From Sphaeroforma arctica JP610 (Eukaryota), in NCBI RefSeq assembly GCF_001186125.1, contig NW_014040224.1:53733-73732 (forward strand): DNA of 20,000 bases. Reading direction: 5' to 3'. A program made the position numbers and the translations under genes. How positions within the stretch are numbered: position 1 is the first letter of the stretch; each line of letters opens with the position of its first letter. Below, in pieces: positions 1 through 14,118 of this stretch. The notes beneath the pieces were generated by a model. The model did not search any database. It saw only the letters and a list, made by a program, of their open reading frames with translations, and was not told the origin of the DNA.

Positions 1-112
1 TGAGCTCTTCCCTATCATCGATATCGAAAGTTGTGTAGTAATGTAGAAATTATTTTTAGACGCAATAGTGGAAATGTGATTAAATTTAAAATTATGTTGA
101 TATCCGCATTAG

Positions 113-2057
113 GAACACAAGCTACAAGGGAAAGATGTAGAGGAAATCGAGACAGCTCTTGAACCGTACATACCAGGGTACGAATCCCACTGGGTTTCCA
201 GCACTGGGAAAAAGGGATATTCTGGAGTGGCTGTGTTTCTAAAGTACCCGGTGAGGAATACTCCGTCCGACAAACAAGTTGCAGACGCTGGGGATGGTAA
301 GAATTGTGCAAATGCAAAGCCGAATAAGGAGAAAAAGGGCAAGCAGGCTTCACTCAAAGACATGTTTGGTATCAAGAAAGATGTGGAGCAGGAACTAGTG
401 TCGGAGACCTCGTCGACGAAAACCATGAAAAATTCAGGTGTGCGGAGTTCATATATAGTTATATTTGCACAATTGCAGGTGTGCCATTGGTGAGGTTTCA
501 ATTCATAGTGTTTAGCCGGTCAATAGGGAACACTTGCCCACTTACATAATTAATACGTCGGTTTTTATCCTGCGTCGTACCTGATTGTTATAAATTAAAT
601 ATATTCTAGTATTTTATATGGTATACGGTATCAACTCCTCTTGTTGAAGGCCGTACACTCACGCAGCGTCCGCCACTATAAACTTCAAAAGTGCGGCAAA
701 TTTGTTGTTATGCGTAAAAATGGGTTTTTTCGTATTCTATTTAGTTGTGTGGACACATTCTGGTTTATATATATGTTTATTCTGATGGTATAGGTGCCCT
801 TGCACGGTACTACGTATGCTTTATTCCAGGATACGTATTCTAATGTATGTTTTATAAATGCACTTCTCACTATTAGACGCAATTTCCATCGCTCTTCCAT
901 GAAATTCATTTTATGCTCTGTTATGCACGGTCGATCCGCATGTGTATGTCCTTGTTTTGAGGTTGTAAATCTACGCCTGATGTTTCGGTATCTCGAGCAC
1001 TAGGTATCTTGAACCAATCAAGAAATATACTATAATTACTCAGGATGTGTTTACATTATAGTGGCTCCATTTCCAAAATTCTGACGGTGGGAAGTTTCGA
1101 GACTGAGGAATCTCTCCTCTTTCAGACTCACAGATGTACCGAGCCATCAACGTAACAATGCCAAAGATTGAAGGGGCATCCGACGAGGGCAGGGTTATAA
1201 CCGTGGAGTATCCCCACTTTTACATGGTCGGCGCTTACGTTCCTAATTCAGGTCAGTTTCACTTCTCCATAAGTGTGCTAGAACAATATAGGGCGGCCAA
1301 TGTGTGCCAAACCGAATAGCACGAATGGTTCAGTGTTGCATACTTACTGTGACTACTTCCTATAGTTGTGGCCCTGGCTGGATTGCTTGGGATCATGCGA
1401 GATATTCAAGACCAGGCCAGCATAAGCCGCCACAGTCTTTCCCGCTAGTATCGTTCGAAGAATGCTGAATTCACATCGTATTTGCTCACAGGGCAAAATC
1501 TGGCTAGGCTGGAATACAGAATTGGCGGGTGGAATAAGAGTTTGAACGCCTACATGAAAGAGTTAGAGAAAACCAAACCTGTCATTTTGGGAGGGGACTT
1601 AAATGTGGCGCATACCGATCAAGACGTTTATAATCCTGAGGCCAAACACATCCCGAAGTCGGCTGGTACTACACCTCAAGAGAGGCGGGCCTTTAGTGAA
1701 TTACTTTCGGATGGTGAGATGGTGGATACCTTTAGGCATTATCATCCAGATGCCCGGGGGGCTTTCTCGTATTGGAGTATGCGTGTCAATAACAGAGTAG
1801 TGAATCGTGGGATGAGACTAGACTACTTTGTAGCATCGAAGATTTTGGTAGATAACACCGCCAAAAGTTCAGAGACCACAGACCAATCTACTGATGCCAC
1901 AGAAAAGCCTGCTTTAGCATCTAAGAACGCTACACCATACAAGACCCAGGGAGCACAAATATTAGATGCGTGGATATCGCCCGAATACAATGGCTCAGAT
2001 CACTGTCCGGTAGGTATTGCCATTGCGATTGACAGTTTCAAGGACATCGCTTTTTGA
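113..2057 (+). CDS. Exodeoxyribonuclease III / APE1-family AP endonuclease, 5'-partial; exons 113-437, 1126-1251, 1492-2057
   Basis: Manual splicing at GT-AG sites with matching phases (TCA G|gtgtgc...ttcag|AC; TCA G|gtcagt...cacag|GG). EEP/ExoIII motifs present: EHKL (LQETK-like, split by the upstream intron), KKGYSGVA, DEGRVIT, YVPNSG, GDLNVAH, DTFR, YWSMR, GMRLDYF, GSDHCP. Stop TGA 2055-2057. Start lies upstream of the window. Confidence 0.95.
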
Positions 2058-2564
2058 AGCCCACTTATCAACGATACTAAGAGACATAATTGTGCAGTTG
2101 TGCTTCTCACTAGCGAAGTATACAGCGCTTCAATTCGGACTGTCACGAATAGTCATTATTTGAGACTAGTCCTCTGGCAGGCTCCTATGCAATAGATAGC
2201 GCTGCAGTTGTCGCTTCAATGCTGCTATACTGCTGCGAAAAATCAGCGTGGAGTAGTATGAGATTGTAATTGTGTGCAGGATTGACGAAGTTCAGGTGAT
2301 GCCATGGTGTACATTGTACTTGCGCTTGAATTGATTCCTTTGAAGCGAGACGAGGTAGGTCGATGTTTGAACGAAAGGACTAAGCTATGACTTTTATATC
2401 TATGCCGTTCTGCCAACGTCTTTTTTCTTCAGCATCAATGCCGTTGCAACTTAAATACAAAAGACTTTAGGGTTCCCCGCCAACGTCTTTCAAACAACAC
2501 ATAAATACTTATTCCTAATTTAATTTATTTCAATACTATTTTACTAGATTTCATATGTATCTAA

Positions 2565-5500
2565 TTACGCAGCGAACACTTTGTCTTTCCTCTGCTTGGT
2601 TAGTTCGACACCGTCTTCTAATGCTACAAGTTGCGTCATCAGGTCCCCGATGAAGTATGGATGTGCCATAAATTCAGCATGGTAGTAATCCGGCAGCATT
2701 AGCTTAGTCTCTGGTGAAAGGTGTTTTATGTGATCCACCACAAGATCACTAGGTACGATGTCATCTTTCATGGATGCCACAACCAAGGAATTTGCAGGGA
2801 TTTCGGTGGGATGCATATTGTATTGATACCACCAGAAATTCCTACAGAGAACGTTCTGCAGTTGAAGAAGGTATGCGGTTAAAATGTAAAATACCCATTG
2901 CTTGCTTCTGCATTGACAAAACTATTTTTTTGCATACAACATCACGCATGTTGTACAGTAATTCAACCACACCGCAATCGCGCACCGCTTACCTGCATGT
3001 AGAGCTCTCTGCTGCATCCATAGTACCTGGCCCATTGAAACCAATGGTTATCGGGTTTTCGGTACACAAAGCTATTCACCACCTTCGGGATGTACAGTAG
3101 AAAGCAAATAGGATCTATGTAAATAGACGTGTGCATTAGGTGGGGATAGGTCTTGGCCATACGCGCGAGAATCACAGATCCGTAGCTGTGCCCAACAAAA
3201 GAGGCAGACGTATGCCCATCATTGCGCAAAAAGTTGCGAATAGTCTCATTGATAGTGTCAACAGTAGGTACGTCATCGCATATCCGCATTGCAATATGTG
3301 GGAAGTCCATTAGGTACACATCGCGATTGTCCACTGCTTCTTCCGCATCCATGGTGTACGAACTTAGATTGCACAAACTCCATATAACATGCAAGTATGC
3401 GCTGAGACCAACCCCCATCCCATGGGCGAATACGATGGGCTTCCGTTGTTGGCAAACTGATACTGGCAAGCCCGCTGGTTTATGCCAGTATGAGATGCTC
3501 GTCTCCGCGTCACACTCTTTATTAAAACAGAGTCCCCAGAGCACAAATTCTGATGCTATTCCAGCGATATGCGACCAAAGATACAGAATTAATGGGTGAT
3601 GTACTACATGTAAGTTGTCTCGAGTGTGCTGCAAATAGCCAGCGGGGAAGCCCTCCGTGTCATCGTAGTACACCCGTCCGCTTGATCCGTCCTCCTCCTT
3701 GAATCTAGAAAGTTCGAAGATTGTGTTATATGTCTAAGCACCCAGGCATAGAAATAGACACTGTACATCCTGTGACCTATAAACTTTTGCAGATTAATAT
3801 GCGATTCGACCCACAATGGAATGATACACTTACCCGGCGCCAGTGCGATCCCTGAGAATTTTCAATAGAGAATCAAATTGCTGGTTCTGCAATTTACTCA
3901 TCTTAGCCACAGATTTGTTATGATAATTTGCCGCAAACATAGCACGAAACTCGGACTCTGTGATATCTTCGGCATTCCGACCACCAAACCATCCCGGGAA
4001 GAACACATTGCCGTGCTTTACAATATAATCGGCGATTTGGTGGAACATCTCATCATCATTCTTTGGGAAAGGAGCCGGTATCGCCTGTTTGTGATTAGTT
4101 AATTGAGCAGCATCAACGTTTGTAACATTGTTATTCTATTGAACAAATAAACTTCCGACAACACGTGCAATGGGCTTGGGCGAGCATAATACAGTTGTCA
4201 CAGTCGATAACTGCGAAATTCGACACGGGCCGCGATGCCCATACATATAAAAAATATTCAAAATGTTAATTCATTTCTCGTAGACTTGTGATCTTTTCGT
4301 TTTGGTGTGTCGTATTGCACTTGGAACATTCGCAAATTCGAGATGACGAACGCATCAACTCCCATAAATACGTGAGTACAGTCATAACAATCCACAGTCT
4401 ATGTGAACGTCAGTGTCGACATGACTAGCGTGAAAGTATTACATCTACATTAGCATGTATAGTATCAGTATAAACACACACGTGCATAGATACGATATAT
4501 ATACTTCGAAGATATATAATCATAGACAATACATACAAAAGACAATCGTCCACCTAACACATAAACACACACACTCACACGCACTTACACACACATGTAT
4601 ATATGTACATATAGATATAAACATGCAGAAATATACACCCACACGCACTTACACACATATATATATATAAACATGAACATGAATCAAATTATAAAAATAA
4701 ATATGAAAATATACATAAATATATATATATCGTAATCATATTAAATAATGGTATAAGCCTACAAACTTATATACATACATACACACCCACACACCCATAT
4801 ATATATACACCCACACACATATATATATATATGAACAAATTACTATTAAAACCATAATTCGTACGTAAACAAATGCATGTGGACATAGTATGGATGTAAG
4901 CAAGAGGGCAAGTATATGTTGGAAGAAGCAGAAGTGTAAGTTAGAGAAGAGGTATTATAAAGATATATATGAAGTGCATGTATGTGTATATGAATGTATG
5001 TACATATATGGTTATGGATATGCGTCCGAGATCTAAATATATTTGTACATACACACACATGAATATATATATATACATACATACATACATGCATACATGT
5101 ATATATCTAAAAATTTATAACATATATATGTATCGTTGTAGAATTTGTGTTTTCTACATTTGTTTATACCTCAATATAGATATAGATATAGAAATTGATA
5201 ATATATACATATACATGTACCTACCTACATACATACATATATATATATGAATTTTATATATATATAAATATATAAACAATAATATAGAAAAAGATAAAGT
5301 CAACGATGAGTTTATAAATGTACATAACTATATGTATAGATATTCAAAACAATACATCAATACATACATACATTTATATACGTACATATACACCCACTCG
5401 CAGACACAGACACACATATATATATATGAACAATTTACTATTAAAACCATAATTCGTACGTAAACAAATACACTTGGACATAGTATGGATGTAAGCAAGT

Positions 5501-6215
5501 GGGCAAGAATATGTTGGAAGAAGCAGAAGTGTAGGTTAGAAAAAAGGTATTATAAAGAGATATATGAAGTGTATGTGTGTGTATATGAATGTATGTGCAT
5601 ATATGGTTATAGATATACGTCCGAGATCTAAACCTATCTGTACATATACACACACACACACATAAATATATACACAGTGACATATATATATACATACATA
5701 CAAATATACATATATATATACATATACATATATATTTATACATACATATAAATATAAATATACATACAAACATGCATGCATGTATGTATATACATATATA
5801 TTTATACATGAATACACACATACATATATACATAAATACATACATACATGCATGGATGCATGCATGCATATATTATATATATATATCTATACATATATAA
5901 ACATATATATGTATCCTTGTAGAATACATGTTTTTTACATTTGTTTATATCTCAATATAGATATAGATTTAGATATGGATATAAAATTAGATAATATATT
6001 ATATTATATATATATATATATATATATAATACCTATATGTGTGTGTGTGTGTGTGTACATATATATACATATAGGTATATATTTGAACAATAATATAGAA
6101 ACAGATATAGTCAACGATATGAGTTTATAAATGTAAATAATTATATGTATAGATTTACAAAACAATACATACATACATGCATACATACATACATACATTT
6201 ATATACATATGCACG

Positions 6216-6246
<31 letters not shown>

Positions 6247-6527
6247 ACATGCACTCAGACATTTGTACATACATACATACATACACATACCCACACACAC
6301 ACACAAATACACACATATACACACTCACACTCGCAGACACACTCGCAGACACACTCGCAGACACACACTCGCAGACACACACACACACACTCACTCACTC
6401 ACTCACCCAATTCACCTACCGTCTGCGCTGAAAGAAAATTTCTTTTGTGGCGATAGTAGAAGAACCATAAAATTTCAGAGCCGAGAATGGCTGCAGTGAG
6501 AATCTGTATGATTTGGGTTGTTTCCAT
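2565..6527 (-). CDS. Alpha/beta-hydrolase fold protein (putative lipase/esterase) with N-terminal hydrophobic anchor, 453 aa; exons 6527-6420, 4084-3834, 3704-2993, 2855-2565
   Basis: Exons sum to 1362 nt in frame with canonical junctions (ACG|gtagg...aaacag|GCG; GG|gtaag...ttctag|A; CAG|gtaag...ctgcag|AAC). Motifs: PIVFAHGMG (oxyanion), FVGHSYG (GxSxG nucleophile elbow), IDPICF, DDIVP and YYHAEF (candidate Asp and His). Exon 1 METTQIIQILTAAILGSEILWFFYYRHKR looks like a TM/signal anchor and is the least certain exon because it sits across a 2.3-kb intron. Confidence 0.88.
4815..6200 (+). repeat. Diverged tandem duplication (copy 1 ~4815-5400, copy 2 ~5410-6200)
   Basis: Shared unique blocks: ttaaaaccataattcgtacgtaaacaaat at 4846 and 5441; ggacatagtatggatgtaagcaag; tatgttggaagaagcagaagtgta; cgtccgagatctaaa; gtcaacgat(at)gagtttataaatg at ~5299 and ~6110. 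Confidence 0.92.
6326..6378 (+). repeat. 12-bp minisatellite (cacactcgcaga), about 4 copies
   Basis: cacactcgcaga cacactcgcaga cacactcgcaga ca cacactcgcaga read directly. Confidence 0.9.
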
Positions 6528-7239
6528 ACCCGTGGCACTACATAATGAGTAGATCGACGAGCCAACGATCACTCCTGGGCCGATAGCTAGACCCCTGCAG
6601 ATTAGTAAATGAGGTTATTAGATATCAGGGTAAAATAGAGGGTGTACACTGTCGTGCATATTATATCGAAGACAACTCCTTTTCAAAAAGATATGTTATA
6701 TCGAGAACAAAACCTTCAACCCCATAGTATGACAATAAGCCCTCTAAGGTTGCACAACTACGTGCAAGACATGTTCACTTACAATATCGATAGCAGAAAT
6801 GACAACCGAAACATCGATGATACAAGAAGGAGGATAATAGCGTTGAGTGAGAAAGTGATCACGATTGTATACATATCATAGGAGCAAATAAAAAGTTCCT
6901 CCGAAGACATCCGCATCAAAATAGTTGATACAGAACATAAGCGATACATACATACAATAATGAATGGTGAATATGCGTAGGTGTGGCTTTGTGTGTACAA
7001 AATGAAATGAAAACTGAAATACATAACATGACCGACGAAACAAAAAAATGTGATATTTGAGTCTGTCCAATGAATTGACTCTATTTATTTATTTCTGTAG
7101 TGATATTTTTTATCGAATCAAAACACAACGCAGAAGAAAACGTGAGGTTGCTGTCAATGAGAAACCAATACAAACCCAATTTCTGTTTTCCAAGGCTTTC
7201 ATTCGATTCTATAAAAAGAAACACACATGCAGTGGTTTC

Positions 7240-7465
7240 CTACTGACTCTCGCTCGTCTCGGCCGTGCCAGTGCTTTGTTACTTGTATGCATTTTTGTGG
7301 TTTCAGTTTGATCCCCCTCGGCCTGCGCCTTCCCCCACGCGAGGCCCACGGCCCCCAGCAGTCCAGCACCCCCAGAGTGAGTCAGTGACCCAGTGTCGCG
7401 ACCGCTCCCCGCCGCCATCACTCCAAAGTCCCGACTCCCGATTTCCGGCTGTCCCGGGCCCCGGC
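7240..7465. promoter_or_regulatory. GC-rich island, probable bidirectional promoter between the hydrolase and thiolase genes
   Basis: Abrupt C-rich, CpG-rich segment in an AT-rich intergenic region between head-to-head starts at 6527 and 8005. Contains TGAGTCA at 7378-7384. Confidence 0.5.
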
Positions 7466-8004
7466 AAAAAAAATCTCACAGTTTATTATTAGTTACTCGC
7501 GTGTTTTTATTTGTCTCCGTGTCTCTATGTGCTCACACTCTCTCTACTTACTAGTATAGACAGTGAGAGGCTAGGCTAAATAAGTTATAGGGGTACGGAA
7601 TATAAGTTCCAACTTTAATGTTTACTTTTTGATGTTTAATGTTTATTCGAGGACTAGGTATAATAAAAGTTGCAACAGTTTAACGCATTGAGCTTAGCAG
7701 CGAGGGTCTCTATATCTATGTACAACAAATATTACTATATTTTTTAGAAATTAGAATACCTCTGACTTCTGAGGCTCCAGAGACTGGCTGCGTCACCAAC
7801 AAAAAAAAAAGAGTTCAGGCGAACGATACAAAAAAAACCCCCTTCGTACATATCAAGAGTTGTCAAAAGGCATCGGTAGTTGTTACTTATTCGGTATAAC
7901 CCATAATAAAAAAGCGACACAGCCTACAAAAAGTAAACAAACTATCTGTCATTCCCACAGACCATAGTTTGTCATCGAAGTAACGCATTCGTTGGGCTGT
8001 CAAG

Positions 8005-11154
<3,150 letters not shown>

Positions 11155-12648
11155 ACGAGTAACCCCGTGAAATCTTCGGCCACGTGTGCAAGACGCGCAG
11201 GCTGGATCCTTGACTGAGTACGCTGGCACATCGGTTCAAGTTATCAGATGCTGTGACCAGGATACTTCGAAACCTGAAGTATCTGGTAGTGTGTTGAGGA
11301 GCATGAGTGAGCCCGATGGGAGATTGAGTCCATTACGACAAGAATCCAAATAAATAAAGAATACACGACGGCCTACCAAAACCTGACTTCCACTTTTCTG
11401 CGTTTTCACTCGAATTCGTCGATACATTGTTCAGTGACGCATTAGTGTGGCGGATGGGATATTGCGAGTCCGCTACAACTATTAGTCTAATCAAGAAGTC
11501 TGCACACAACGACAATCAAAATTGGTTTACACTTGCCCGCGTAGAGTCATGTAGCACAAAGTCTTCGACGACTGACCCAGAACACCGCTGAGATGAAGTT
11601 CGTAGATATGAATGCGTTTGTACATGAGGGATCAGCTACTAATAGTGTCGTCTACATTTTCTATCCGTGACGCTTCTGATTTAACTTGTACAATTTAGTA
11701 ATCTTGGAAGCGTTAAAGAATTTAGATGGAAAAAAAGTACGATCACCAATGAGATTTAGTTTGTGCCAGCGGATGTAATAAGTGTATCATTTGATATTTT
11801 GCTGTGTGTCTTTACAACTTAAAAAGATAAATTGCAATATGCGTCTGTTTGACTAGCACAAGCGGAAGTAGTTTATGGTCAGAGATCATCACGTTCCCGT
11901 GTTTGTCGCCTATTTTACTTGATCAGAAGAGTCTAGATTCTGTTGCGTGTCTCAATAGCTTCATATAAGTAAAGGCACGTGTATACACGACAACATGTAA
12001 CCCTGACAGAAAGGCCAGCAATAGCACTTCGGTATACTACAGCTCTGTATATTCGACAAGTGAAGTTGAACCCCTTAATTTTTGCAATTTTGGTATATAG
12101 GACTCAAACAGAGGCAACACATACTTGTTAGTATGGCAATATGTAATTTTATTGCTGAGTCACCAGGAGGATAGCAATACATGCTTGCATACACAACCTC
12201 AGTGCAGCCGATTTAATCTATATATGTAGAGATTGAAGTTCCATAGTTCCAATCGCCAAGGTAAAGCAGTACATGGGTATCTGCGCATCATTGGAACATA
12301 TAATTGCTGCGATAGTTTGGTGTGGTGCTATCTGGTTTCTTTATGGGCCACAGTTTACACTGAATCGATTGCCTTCGATGACCTAGGGACAGCAAGGGCC
12401 AGTGGAAGGGTGCGTCGGTTTGTCTTCTACAAGACGGGGCAGCTTGTAACATAGCCTATTTGCATCTCCAGAAACATGCAAACCACGTTAGCAAGTTTGA
12501 TCCCCCGATGAATTCAAAAGTATCGCAGGGGAATGTGATGCCTTGTTATGTCCCACGGGAAACAAATTAATGGGACTATCGATTTGTTCTGCAGGTCGCC
12601 AAGAGGCGTGTGCGAGGATCACCATGTCGGATTATATGGTAAACTTAG

Positions 12649-14066
12649 TTACGCAGTGTCTGTGCAAACTTCCATTTCCCTCATTTTCCGCAACAAGGAC
12701 GTCAGCTCCGCTTTCAGTTCTATCGGTGGATTGTTCACCAGAACTGTTGCGTAGGCAGCATGGGCGGCTCCTACATGATAATGCAAGCATATAAAAATAT
12801 CGAATTCAGCAAGTGTAAACAAGATATAGATAGAACTGGGTATATAGTAATGTATACAAACACCCCAATGAGGATTGATTAGTTACCTGCCAGCAAGTGT
12901 AGGGCAACACAGGCGTCGCTCCTGATATTCTTGTTAACGTCCGGAAGGAAATCATTGATACGCACGGCCTAAACAAAATAAGTGCGCACGATAAGTTTCG
13001 ACCAATACACAGAGGGGGACATCCGCCAAGCGCAAATGTAATGTTTGATTCAATGAGATTGAGGACCACCGAGTGAAAGTAACCAGGCATAACTATCCAG
13101 ATCTCAAAAAGAAAACGACAGATTTGTAAAATGGGCTCAGACCTGTTCATGACAACTCTTCAAAAGGTCCGTTGGTACGCGGAGGGCCTCGGTTTGTATA
13201 TTCTTGACTTCCTGTTTTTGATGTGATAAGGATGTGTTACACGAAAACAATAAAGAGTGCACGGTGCACTATACAAAATGAGAGACCGGACTATAGGATA
13301 TATCCGCTTTGGGAATAGCATTTCATACAGCGACTACTTGGGTGCATTTCGCTAGTATGTAGACATCAGTACCATCACGCTGACATATCGTACATGGACA
13401 CCAATTCAAACTCCAAGTCGCAGCGCGAATACTGCTACAACTCGAACAGGGAGCGACAATGACAGCGACATGCATCGCACTCGTCTACAACAACACATAT
13501 GCCTCACACGATCGGAACACAACACATGGCCCTATTGAGGCTTGAGAGTACTCAACATATTACCTCGTCCGAAAGCCCCGAGTCCTTCTTCCACGTCAAC
13601 TGCAGTCGGGCATATGCTTTCGCATCATCATCGGCGGCTTCGATCATCTGTGCGGCGGCTTTGTCTAGATCGTGCGCTATGCTTCTCGCCTTGTCTGCCA
13701 CCCCCTTCTTCTCGTCAATCTAAACGTATTTTAGTGAAAGCCAGTGCCAAGATGTTTAGTGCCGTTGACGACTGGGTCGTGACTGACAGCCCGTATCCAG
13801 GTTGTGAAAGGCTGTGCCGACTGAAGGAGTCAAAGTCACCGAAGTGCAGGATTGGTGTACAACCACAATGTATAGGGTTGGTGATAATATATATATATAT
13901 ATATATATATACATACATATATATATATATATATATAATATATAAATATATATAATATATATANATAATATATATATAATACATATANNNNNNNNNNNNN
14001 NNNNNNNTATATTAATTATTTTAACTATAACATACATANATACATACACTATATATATACATANAT

Positions 14067-14118
<52 letters not shown>

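Larger units (their letters stand above)
4455..6405. repeat. Compound (AT)n/(CA)n/(ACAT)n low-complexity tract filling intron 1 of the hydrolase
   Basis: Direct inspection; it produces the spurious Y/I/H/T/C/V-rich ORFs in the track. Confidence 0.95.

Noticed and set aside
2841..2845. Alternative acceptor tgtag| for the last hydrolase exon
   Set aside because: Phase mismatch. The acceptor before 2855 restores the frame (RELYMQ|NVLCRNFWW).
4455..6499. Many 60-140 aa ORFs rich in Y/I/H/T/C/V
   Set aside because: Translations of AT/CA microsatellites inside the hydrolase intron.
11160..11260. GGTTCAAG after the thiolase stop, suggesting a tRNA or Pol III B-box
   Set aside because: No cloverleaf or A-box could be built, and the B-box match is incomplete.
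12233..13955. ORF-track ORFs at 12233-12794 (+), 12806-13150 (-) and 13499-13955 (+)
   Set aside because: Antisense or off-frame shadows of the cyclodeaminase exons, introns and 3' region, with no recognisable motifs.
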